Below, piece by piece: positions 28,506-36,864 of a stretch of 64,000 nt of DNA. The number at the start of each line of letters is the position of its first letter. Positions within the stretch are counted from its first letter, which is position 1. The notes under the pieces were generated by a model. The model ran no database searches, was not told the DNA's origin, and worked only from the letters and a program-made list of their open reading frames with translations. The translations under genes and the position numbers were made by a program. Source of the DNA: Acidobacteriota bacterium (GTDB taxonomy: Bacteria > Acidobacteriota > UBA890 > WLXD01); the NCBI GenBank assembly GCA_012103255.1, contig WLXD01000005.1, positions 202,560-266,559 of the forward strand, in the 5' to 3' direction.

Positions 28506-29891
28506 TTGCCGCTGCGATATCGCGGCTTCAAGAGCGTGCTGCTGGCCGGGCTGGCGGCCTTCTGCGCCGCTGACGCTGCGGAGATGCACGGTCAGGAGCG
28601 GGTGCCACCCGTCGTTCCCGCGCTGTTTGGGGCTATCCAGGTCAATGAGCCGAACCACGACCGCTGGGCCACTGCGCTCGTGGACGCGGGCCTCGACGCG
28701 GTGCAAGTGACTCTGTACGCGCGACAGCAGGAATGGAACGGTAGCGAGTTGCACTGGGATCGCGCCGCTCCGTGGGTGGTTTCCGAGATCAGAGCCGCTC
28801 AACGCGCGGGATTGAACGTGACGCTGGTGATGCGAGTCGCGCTCGAGCATGGGCTAGAAGCAAATCGTCACCTCTGGCACGGCATGATCTGGCCGCGTGA
28901 CGACGTCGTGGACAGCTGGTTCGCAAGCTACGCCGAGTTCGTCGCCTGGGGCGCCCAGATCGCGGCCGACGAGTCGGTGGATCTGTTCACGATCGCCAAT
29001 GAGCTCTCATCGATGACTTCCACGCGGGTCGTGACCGAGCTGCCCGATCTGTACGCGTATTACGCGGACAATGAACGCACGGCGATTGTTGATGACCGGC
29101 TCGCAGCGTGCGCGACGCGGGTTCGCGCGGCTGGGCATGAGTCGGACTTGGTTGAACTCGATGGAGGTCGCTTTCCGGATCTCGAGAGTCTTCTGGCCGA
29201 AGCCACGCGCCGACGCGCCGCGTGGGTCATGGAGGTGGCGCCCACCCTCGCCAGATTCAACGTGCGGCGACAGGGGCACGAGGCCGCCTGGCGGGAGCTG
29301 ATAGCCGGGGTGCGGGACATTTACACTGGTCCCCTCGCCTACGGCGCGAATTTCGATCAATTCGAGGAAGTCGGTTTCTGGGACGATCTTGATGCCGTCG
29401 GCGTCACGGCCTACTTCCCGCTGTCGGAGTACGGCGCGGATCGAGCAGCCCAGGCCGCCAGGATGCGCGATCGTTGGGCAGCGATCGCCACTCGGCTGGA
29501 CGCGCTCGGCCGTCCCGTCTTTCTGGTCGAGTTGGGCTGGACGCGCAAACTTGGCGCCACGGTCCGTCCCTATTCGTACTCACGGGTTGAGGTACTCGAA
29601 ACCGTCGGAGGCTCAGAACTGACCTGCGTGCACTGGGCCAGTCAGCCGCTAGAGCCCTTCGAGCGCGTCCGAGCTCTGGTGAGCCTCGCTGAAGTCGTCG
29701 AGTCAGGTGCGTTCACGGCCTTGCGCGGTCTTTCGATGTGGAAACTTTCAACGAATCCGAACCACCGCGACATCGAACCCTTTGTGGCCATTCTCGGAGC
29801 ACCGATGGGCGGAGTTGCGGAGGATCATGCGGACCGCGAATATCTCGCCGCGGTGGCGCGCATACGCTCGGCAGTGCTGAGCCGGCGTTGA
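28506..29891 (+). CDS. putative secreted glycoside hydrolase, clan GH-A (GH5-like TIM barrel)
   Basis: DLFTIANELS is an NE acid/base-like motif and VFLVELGWT is a nucleophile-like ExG motif. The start is uncertain. TTG 28506 gives a signal-peptide-like N-terminus (MPLRYRGFKSVLLAGLAAFCAADAAE). ATG 28437 and ATG 28338 (an ATGA overlap with the upstream gene) are in-frame alternatives. Confidence 0.45.
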   Translation: MPLRYRGFKSVLLAGLAAFCAADAAEMHGQERVPPVVPALFGAIQVNEPNHDRWATALVDAGLDAVQVTLYARQQEWNGSELHWDRAAPWVVSEIRAAQRAGLNVTLVMRVALEHGLEANRHLWHGMIWPRDDVVDSWFASYAEFVAWGAQIAADESVDLFTIANELSSMTSTRVVTELPDLYAYYADNERTAIVDDRLAACATRVRAAGHESDLVELDGGRFPDLESLLAEATRRRAAWVMEVAPTLARFNVRRQGHEAAWRELIAGVRDIYTGPLAYGANFDQFEEVGFWDDLDAVGVTAYFPLSEYGADRAAQAARMRDRWAAIATRLDALGRPVFLVELGWTRKLGATVRPYSYSRVEVLETVGGSELTCVHWASQPLEPFERVRALVSLAEVVESGAFTALRGLSMWKLSTNPNHRDIEPFVAILGAPMGGVAEDHADREYLAAVARIRSAVLSRR

Positions 29892-29905
29892 TCCTGGCAT
29901 AATCG

Positions 29906-30340
29906 ATGCGAGCGATCCCTTTCCAAGCACCAGGAGCTCTCGCCTTGATCAGGAACCGTTTGCCACAATTCGTCGCTGGCGTCGCGCTCGTCGCTGCGGG
30001 GTCCTTCATTGCATCGGCGCTAGTCGGTCACGACGCTCATGCCCAGGAGCAGGATCAGCTTGGTCTCGAGGTGTATCAGACGCAGTGCGAGTCCTGCCAC
30101 GGCCAGGGCGGCGAAGGCGACGGACCGGCTGCCCGGTTCCTTGAGACCCAGCCGCGTGATCTGACGGCAGGCAGCTGGATGTACGTGGAGTCGATTTCGC
30201 AGGCGGAGGTTGAACGCGTCATCAAGGACGGCATCACAGACACGGAAATGGAACCCTTCGGCGAGCTTCTTCTCGAGGAAGAGATCACCGCTGTCGCCGA
30301 ATACGTACTCGCCAACTTCGTGCCTTCGGAATCCTGGTAG
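29906..30340 (+). CDS. class I c-type cytochrome (periplasmic, mono-haem)
   Basis: There is a signal peptide and a single CxxCH haem motif (CESCHG). The size is about 144 aa. Confidence 0.8.
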   Translation: MRAIPFQAPGALALIRNRLPQFVAGVALVAAGSFIASALVGHDAHAQEQDQLGLEVYQTQCESCHGQGGEGDGPAARFLETQPRDLTAGSWMYVESISQAEVERVIKDGITDTEMEPFGELLLEEEITAVAEYVLANFVPSESW

Positions 30341-30559
30341 GCCGTCTGGTCTTGACAGTTTGACCGCGATGCGCAGACAATAGCGGTCAATGGGCTGGGC
30401 GCCCCACTTTCTCCCTCCGGCGCCGGCCTTCTGCACCTTCCCGGATTTCAGCGCGGCAGAACCGCGCGTATCTGAGAACTCTTCACCGGATCGTCGGAGC
30501 CGTCTCGCACCCGACTCGGCTGCGCGCCCGATCTCTCCCAATCGGGGTTGGATCATTTA

Positions 30560-31984
30560 ATGTCAGAGCAGCAACGCCAGCAGCAGGACCAGAAACCCAA
30601 ACGCCGCCGTGGCCGGCGGCGGTCTCGCGGCGGCCGTGGCAGGCGGCGTGGTGGACACAAGCGTCAGCCCAAGTTCACGCCTCCGAATGAAGAAGACACA
30701 GCAGCACTTCTAGAGAACTGCCACTCGATCGAGTATCTGTTCGATGCGAAGCCGGCCGATCTGAAAGCGATTGCTGCCGAGCTGGAGGTCGCAGATACCG
30801 ACGGCATGGCACCGGACGTTCTGGTGCAGGCGGTTCTCCACGCGCAGGCCGAGAAACACGGCCTGGTCTACCGAGACGGCGTGCTCGACGTGCTCCCCGA
30901 TGGTTATGGTTTTGTACGCTCGGCCGAGAACTCCTACCTGCCTGGCGATCAGGACATCTACGTCTCCCCTAACCAGATTCGGAAATTCAGTCTGCGCACC
31001 GGTGATGCGGTTACGGGTTCTGTCCGGCCGCCGAAGGACGATGAGAAGTACTTCGCTCTTGTGCAGATCGACGAGATCAACTCCGAGACCCCGAGCGCAG
31101 CCCTCGATCGCGGCCTGTTCAAGAACCTGACACCGCATCACCCTGAACGACAGATCCTCGTCGAAGGGCAGGAAGGCGAAGACCCGGCCGGCCGAGTGAT
31201 TGATCTGCTTTGCCCACTGGGTTTCGGTCAGCGCGCCCTGATCGTGTCGCCGCCACGTGCAGGGAAGACGATTCTTCTCAAGGCGATTGCTCATGGGCTC
31301 GCCGAGAATCACCCCGATGTGAAGCTCATCGTCCTGCTAATCGACGAGCGTCCTGAGGAAGTCACCGACATGAAGCGGTCGGTGCGGGGCGAGGTCGTCT
31401 GTTCGACCTTTGATGAGCCCGCCAATCGCCACGTAGCGGTCGGTGACATCGTTCTCAACAAGGCTCGCCGACTCGTCGAGAGCGGTCACGACGTGGTGAT
31501 CTTGCTCGATTCCCTGACGCGCCTTGCGCGGGCCCACAACACCGTGACGCCCTCTTCCGGTCGAGTGCTTTCCGGCGGCGTCGACGCGAATGCACTCGAG
31601 AAACCCAAGAAGTTCTTCGGCTCGGCGCGTGCCTTCGAGGAAGGTGGTTCGCTAACGATCATAGCCACCGCGCTGATCGAGACCGGAAGCCGAATGGACG
31701 AGGTGATCTTCGAGGAGTTCAAGGGAACTGGCAACTCGGAAATCGTCCTCGAGCGCAAGCTCGCCGACAAGCGGATCTTTCCTGCGATCGAACTGAACAA
31801 GTCCGGTACCCGGAAGGAAGAGTTGCTTCTGGATCCCGATTCGCTCCAGGCGATGTGGATGCTTCGCAAGGCTCTGGCGGCGGTTCCGGCGGACGAGGCG
31901 ATGGAGTTGCTCCTCAAGCGGCTCCGGCAGACCAAGAACAACGAAGAGTTCTTGTCGTCGCTCTCTGAAGGCGGCGTCGGCTAA
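30560..31984 (+). CDS. rho: transcription termination factor Rho with an RG-rich N-terminal extension
   Basis: The cold-shock-like RNA-binding region is GYGFVRS. The Walker A motif is PPRAGKT. The Q/R loops and the C-terminal ...[36 protein letters not shown] are present. The N-terminal ~40 aa are basic and low-complexity ([19 protein letters not shown]). Confidence 0.95.
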   Translation: MSEQQRQQQDQKPKRRRGRRRSRGGRGRRRGGHKRQPKFTPPNEEDTAALLENCHSIEYLFDAKPADLKAIAAELEVADTDGMAPDVLVQAVLHAQAEKHGLVYRDGVLDVLPDGYGFVRSAENSYLPGDQDIYVSPNQIRKFSLRTGDAVTGSVRPPKDDEKYFALVQIDEINSETPSAALDRGLFKNLTPHHPERQILVEGQEGEDPAGRVIDLLCPLGFGQRALIVSPPRAGKTILLKAIAHGLAENHPDVKLIVLLIDERPEEVTDMKRSVRGEVVCSTFDEPANRHVAVGDIVLNKARRLVESGHDVVILLDSLTRLARAHNTVTPSSGRVLSGGVDANALEKPKKFFGSARAFEEGGSLTIIATALIETGSRMDEVIFEEFKGTGNSEIVLERKLADKRIFPAIELNKSGTRKEELLLDPDSLQAMWMLRKALAAVPADEAMELLLKRLRQTKNNEEFLSSLSEGGVG

Positions 31985-31985
31985 C

Positions 31986-32540
31986 GTGTTCTGGGCGGGG
32001 ATCACCCTCGTCGCTTTGGCGGCCTGGCTCGCCTTCACGTACAACCGTCTGGTTGCGCTTGCCCGACGTGGCGACGGCGCGTGGGCTGACATCGACACGC
32101 AGTTGAAGCGACGATCGGATCTCGTCCCCGCTCTTGTCGAGACCGTCAAGGGTTACGCGTCGCACGAGCGAGAGACTCTCGAGGAAGTGGTTCGGCGTCG
32201 CACGGTCGCTACGGATTCGCCACACGCCCCCGACGCAGAGACTCGCGCCGCAGAAAACGGCCTCGCATCGGCGATGCGAGGCCTCTTCGCGCTCGCGGAA
32301 GACTACCCCGAGCTCCGCGCCAACGACCGCTTTGGGATGCTTCAGGGGCAACTGGCGGAGATCGAGGACGCCCTCCAGGCAGCGCGTCGCTACTACAACG
32401 CCGTTGTGCGCGATCTGAATACGCGTATCGCTACATTTCCGACGGTTCTCGTCGCGGGTCTTCTCGGCTTCGGCCGTAGAGACTTCTTCGAGCTCGACAG
32501 CCCGTTGGAGCGAACTGTACCCAAGGCGGACCTGGGATGA
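31986..32540 (+). CDS. lemA: LemA family protein
   Basis: An N-terminal TM helix is followed by the LemA core (YNRLVALARRGDGAWADIDTQLKRRSDLVPALVETVKGYASHERETLEEV...). The start is GTG. Confidence 0.85.
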   Translation: MFWAGITLVALAAWLAFTYNRLVALARRGDGAWADIDTQLKRRSDLVPALVETVKGYASHERETLEEVVRRRTVATDSPHAPDAETRAAENGLASAMRGLFALAEDYPELRANDRFGMLQGQLAEIEDALQAARRYYNAVVRDLNTRIATFPTVLVAGLLGFGRRDFFELDSPLERTVPKADLG

Positions 32541-34300
32541 GATCTATTGGTTTGGTCGACTTCGGTTCACGAGGTCGGATGATCTGCGCGGCACTTTCGC
32601 TCGCGGTACTCCTGAATGTCGCGCCCGACGCCCATGCACAGGAGCGTGAGTACTGGGTCGAGTCGATGCACGTTGACGTGACCGTCGATGCCGACGGTTC
32701 TCTCGATGTCACCGAACGACTCACATTCGCGTTCCGAGGCAGCTTCAACGGAATCTATCGGGATATCCCGTGGCGATACCGGACGCCATGGGGGCTCAAC
32801 TACGAACTGCGCTTCTCTCCCCTGGCGGTTCTGGGCGAAGACGGCACAAGCCTCGAGCATGAGGCCGGCCGTCGCGGTGACGACTACCGCTTCAAGGTCT
32901 GGGTGCCCGAGGCTCAGGATGCGGAGCGCACCGTCACCCTCCGCTATCGGGTAGAACGCGGTCTGCGTTTCTTCGACGCGGGGGACGAAGGCTTCGAGTC
33001 GCCAAGAGATGAGCTCTACTGGAACGTGACGGGCGATCGCTGGGATGTGCCAATCCGTCGTGCAACGGCTCGTATACGACTACCGGAACAAGTTCGAGAT
33101 GGCCTCACGGTGCGCGCCTTTGCTGGCGCGTACGGCAGCACAGAAGGTGGCGTGCGCATCGACCAATCGACACCCGGTGAAGCGGTGTTCATGGCCGAGG
33201 GGCAGTTGGATCCGGGTAGCGGAATGACGGTAGTGGTCGGCTGGCCTGCCGGTGTGGTTCATCGGCCAACGAAGGCCGACGCCGCGCGCGACCTCTTCCG
33301 TGACAACTGGCCGCTGTTCATTCCCTTCATCGTCTTCGGACTCATGTTCACCGCCCACCGTCGCTGGGGACGGGACATCGCCGTGAACCGCTCGGTCGCT
33401 GTCGAATACGAGCCACCAGGTGGCTACCGTCCCGCCGAGCTCGGCACGTTGATCGATGAGAAGGTCGATCTACGAGACATCGTCGCCACAGTGATCGATC
33501 TCGGCGTGCGGGGGTACCTGCGGATCGAGGAGACCACTGAGAGTGGCTGGCTGTCTGACTCGACAACAACACGGCTGATCAAGTTAAACGAACCGGAGAA
33601 TGATCCTCTGCGTGACTACGAGCGGACAATTCTCGACGGCCTGTTCGAATCGGGAGACGACGTCGCTCTGGATGATCTTGAAACCGAGTTCTACAGCCAT
33701 GTCGCAACGGTGAAGGAGTCGCTCTACAGCGGGCTTACCGAAGCCGGCCTGTTCCGAGGGCGACCAGACAGGGTGCGATTGTTCTGGATGCTTGGCGCGT
33801 TACCGGTTGGGATAGCGATGGGTGTCCTCGCTGCGGCGTTGGAGAGCCTGGCGTTCGTCGTGGCCTTGCCGTTTACCGTGATCTGCATCATGTGGTTTGG
33901 CTGGTACATGCCGTCACGGACACGCGCCGGCAGGGTTGCCTACCTGCAGCTGAAGGGGTTCGAGGAGTTCCTGGCGAGGACCGATGGCGAGCGCATGCGG
34001 GCCCTCGACCTGCCCGAGACAACGTTCGAGAAATACCTGCCCTACGCTATGGCCTTCGGGGTCGCGAGTCACTGGGCAACGGCATTCGCCGGCCTGGTGA
34101 CCGAACCGCCTCAGTGGTACTCAGGCAATCGTGGCGTGTTCGATACCCTGGCGTTTACCCATCACATGCAGGGACTCAACTCACGAATGGGAACTGCGCT
34201 GGTGTCGCAGCCCCGTAGCAGTAGCGGAAGCTCCGGCTTCTCCGGCGGTGGCGGTTTCTCCGGCGGCGGTTTCGGCGGCGGTGGCGGAGGTGCGTTCTGA
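32537..34300 (+). CDS. DUF2207-type membrane protein (LemA partner) with a Gly-rich C-terminal tail
   Basis: It has a signal peptide, a large extracytoplasmic domain, several TM helices, and a C-terminal SSGSSGFSGGGGFSGGGFGGGGGGAF. Its start overlaps the lemA stop. The LemA/DUF2207 pairing is a well-known conserved gene pair. Confidence 0.7.
   Translation: MRSIGLVDFGSRGRMICAALSLAVLLNVAPDAHAQEREYWVESMHVDVTVDADGSLDVTERLTFAFRGSFNGIYRDIPWRYRTPWGLNYELRFSPLAVLGEDGTSLEHEAGRRGDDYRFKVWVPEAQDAERTVTLRYRVERGLRFFDAGDEGFESPRDELYWNVTGDRWDVPIRRATARIRLPEQVRDGLTVRAFAGAYGSTEGGVRIDQSTPGEAVFMAEGQLDPGSGMTVVVGWPAGVVHRPTKADAARDLFRDNWPLFIPFIVFGLMFTAHRRWGRDIAVNRSVAVEYEPPGGYRPAELGTLIDEKVDLRDIVATVIDLGVRGYLRIEETTESGWLSDSTTTRLIKLNEPENDPLRDYERTILDGLFESGDDVALDDLETEFYSHVATVKESLYSGLTEAGLFRGRPDRVRLFWMLGALPVGIAMGVLAAALESLAFVVALPFTVICIMWFGWYMPSRTRAGRVAYLQLKGFEEFLARTDGERMRALDLPETTFEKYLPYAMAFGVASHWATAFAGLVTEPPQWYSGNRGVFDTLAFTHHMQGLNSRMGTALVSQPRSSSGSSGFSGGGGFSGGGFGGGGGGAF
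34214..34297 (+). repeat. (GGC/GGT)n simple repeat encoding the Gly/Ser/Phe-rich tail
   Basis: It is visible directly as ...agcggaagctccggcttctccggcggtggcggtttctccggcggcggtttcggcggcggtggcggaggt... Confidence 0.8.
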
Positions 34301-34311
34301 TCGGACCCGGG

Positions 34312-35161
34312 ATGCGCTTCGGGTCCTACACCGTTCGGGCCTTGCTGGACTCGCGGTTTGCCCTCGATGGGGGCTCGATGTTCGGCGTGGTTCCGCGCGC
34401 GCTCTGGCAGAAAGTGGTTGAGCCGGACTCTCAAAACCGTATCCCGCTCGTGTCACGTCTCCTGTATGTCGAGGGCGAGGGACGTCGCATCCTCGTGGAC
34501 ACAGGACTGGGTGACAAGTGGGACGACAAGCGTCGGGCGATGTTCGCGATCGACCTTGTCGAGGGCGGCGCAGCGGCGCAGCTCCGCAACTTTGGCGTGG
34601 AGCCTGACGACATCACGGACGTGGTTCTAACCCACCTTGCACTTCGATCACGCCGCCGGGACCACGTTCACGGATGCTGATGGCGAGCTGGCCCTGCGCT
34701 ACCCGAATGCGGTGCACCATGTGCAGTCCGCGCATTGGGACTGGGCGTGGAGTCCGACTCTGAAAGACGCGGGATCCTTCCGGCGTGAGGACTTCGGCAA
34801 GCTAGCCAGCAGTCCCAAGCTATGCCTCGTTGATGGCGAAGTCGAAATTGCGCCGAGCATCAAAGTGTTCCCGCTGGATGGTCATACCCGCGCGATGCAG
34901 GCAGTTCGCATCGGATCTCCGGGTGCCGATCTGCTCTTCACCGCGGATTTGGTGCCAACGGCCGCCCATCTGCGCTGGCCATACATCATGGGGTTCGATA
35001 ACGAGCCGCTCACTACCCTGGCGGAGAAGCAGCATTGGCTGAGCCAGGCGGCGCTTGGCGGTACCGTCCTCGTGTTCGAACACGACCCCGTGATCGCGGC
35101 AGCTCGGCTCGTCGAGAACGATCGTGGCGGCGTGCAGGTCGGCGAACAGGTGAGCCTGTAG
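34312..35161 (+). CDS. MBL-fold metallo-hydrolase (AHL-lactonase-like); single-nucleotide frameshift at ~34639
   Basis: ORF 34312..34680 ends ...DVVLTHLALRSRR. ORF 34637..35161 begins MHFDHAAGTT. Removing one G at ~34639 restores ...VVLTHLHFDHAAG... (the HxHxDH motif). Confidence 0.7.
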
Positions 35162-35177
35162 TGGCCGGCGGCTCAGG

Positions 35178-36320
35178 CTAGTTGCTCGAGCCTAGTTCTG
35201 GCACAACGTCGAAGGGCAAGCGGTTGCCAATCGCTGCAGCGGCCGGACCACGTTCTGCACCTGGCTGGTGGAAGAAATCCAGGTAGAGCTGGAGATCTGA
35301 CACTGCTCTGAGGCCGTGGCTTGCCTGTGCTCCGAAGAAGATCGCATTCGGGTACGCCGGCTTCACCAGGAAACAGTTCGCCCCGTGTCCTGCGGGCCGG
35401 AGGCCGAGAACCTGACGCCATCGCTCGAGAGTCTCTTCGAGATTTCCGTTGAGATCCGGCACGTATACGTGAAGATCAAAGGGTAATCTTCGCTGGCCGC
35501 GCCGCAGTCGCATCGCATGCACAGCCGACTGCAGAGTCAGCGCGTAGCGCGACGCGAGGTCAGAATTGACCGTGCGAAGCTTCTGGAGCACGAGTTCGGG
35601 CTCCCCTTCCTGAAGCTGGAACGGGAAGATCTCGTTCACTTCGAAGGCGTACTCACCCAGCCAGTCGCTGACCAGCCGCTTCGGCTGAACGAGACGCGAA
35701 CCACCCCCGGCCTTGCGTTCGATGTAGCCGTCCGCGTGCATCTGCTGCAGGATTTGCGACACCCAGCCCAGGCTGAGACTGCCGCGTTCCGCGATCTCAC
35801 GAGTTGTCAGCCAATCGCCCGGGCGCTCCAACAGAACGCGTAGCGGAATGGTGGCCTTGTCGTGGAACAGCGTCCGGATCTGTTTGCGCTCGCTGAATCG
35901 GTTCCGGTTGCCGCTGATCTGCACGAAGACCGCGTTGAAGCGCAGAAACGCGTTGCCACAGCAATCGAGGTAGCCGATGTTCGCTTCGCGTGCGAGCCGT
36001 GCGCCAGCCGCCCCCATGTGGGGCACGACCAGGAGTACGGAAACGCCCGGCGTCAGCGCGAGCCGGCGTAGACGCGGCAGGAGGCCGCGTACCTGACGAG
36101 GTTCTCCGGACATCGCGGGAAGACAGAGCAGCCGTCGCACTGCACCCGTGGGGCTGAGGAGCTCGACCTCCACCATCGCCGGGTCTTCCGGCGCCGTGCC
36201 AACACGCACCCCCGTCACGAGGATCTCCGGGACGATGTCGCGCCAATGAGTCAGGAAGTGGGCGCGGACCTCCGATGCGGTCCTCATGAGGGGAACGTCG
36301 ATGGCGCGTCGTTCGCGCAT
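35178..36320 (-). CDS. hypothetical protein with a central wHTH; family not recognised
   Basis: The central LTTREIAERGSLSLGWVSQILQQMHADGYIERK is a wHTH recognition-helix pattern. An N-terminal ~170-aa domain (…LLVVPHMGAAGARLAREANIGYLDCCGNAF…) and a C-terminal ~150-aa domain match nothing I can name. Confidence 0.45.
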   Translation of the reverse strand: MRERRAIDVPLMRTASEVRAHFLTHWRDIVPEILVTGVRVGTAPEDPAMVEVELLSPTGAVRRLLCLPAMSGEPRQVRGLLPRLRRLALTPGVSVLLVVPHMGAAGARLAREANIGYLDCCGNAFLRFNAVFVQISGNRNRFSERKQIRTLFHDKATIPLRVLLERPGDWLTTREIAERGSLSLGWVSQILQQMHADGYIERKAGGGSRLVQPKRLVSDWLGEYAFEVNEIFPFQLQEGEPELVLQKLRTVNSDLASRYALTLQSAVHAMRLRRGQRRLPFDLHVYVPDLNGNLEETLERWRQVLGLRPAGHGANCFLVKPAYPNAIFFGAQASHGLRAVSDLQLYLDFFHQPGAERGPAAAAIGNRLPFDVVPELGSSN

Positions 36321-36416
36321 GGGTTGAGGTGTGTTCGACGTGTCCGCATCCGCGAGTTTATAGCAAACCCGCGGGTGTCCCGCGAGCCGGTATCTGAGGT
36401 GAGGCGCGGATACTTC

Positions 36417-36776
36417 CTATCGTTGAGCCGCCGGCTCCACATCGAAGCGGTACGACACGACATCCTGAGCCCTTGCGTAGTCTAGCGAGCCCTCATGTGA
36501 GACCCGAAGAGTTGCCCCGGCAGGTACGCGCTCCTGGGTGGTATCGGTGTGCACCACACGGTCATCGTCGTCGAGCAGTACAGCGGAGACGTCGACGGTG
36601 ACCTCGGTGTCCGCGCTGTTGATGACTTCCGCGAACCAGCTGAAGTAGGCATTTTCGTTGTCGGCGTCAGGCCATTCGAAATTGCTCTTTCCTAGCGTCA
36701 GCTCGGCGGACGCACTGGCCGCGATGGCCAGACACAGGCAAAGGGCTGTCGCGATGCTGCGAATCAGAATGCGCAA
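36417..36776 (-). CDS. small secreted hypothetical protein (signal peptide)
   Basis: MRILIRSIATALCLCLAIAASASA is a typical Sec signal peptide. The mature part is acidic and about 95 aa. Confidence 0.45.
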   Translation of the reverse strand: MRILIRSIATALCLCLAIAASASAELTLGKSNFEWPDADNENAYFSWFAEVINSADTEVTVDVSAVLLDDDDRVVHTDTTQERVPAGATLRVSHEGSLDYARAQDVVSYRFDVEPAAQR

Positions 36777-36864
36777 TGTAGCGACCCCGCGAGTTTCACT
36801 GAATCGATGCTCGAGAACTTACCCACTACCAAAGCTAGCACGCGCCCAAAAACCGGGTCAAAAC

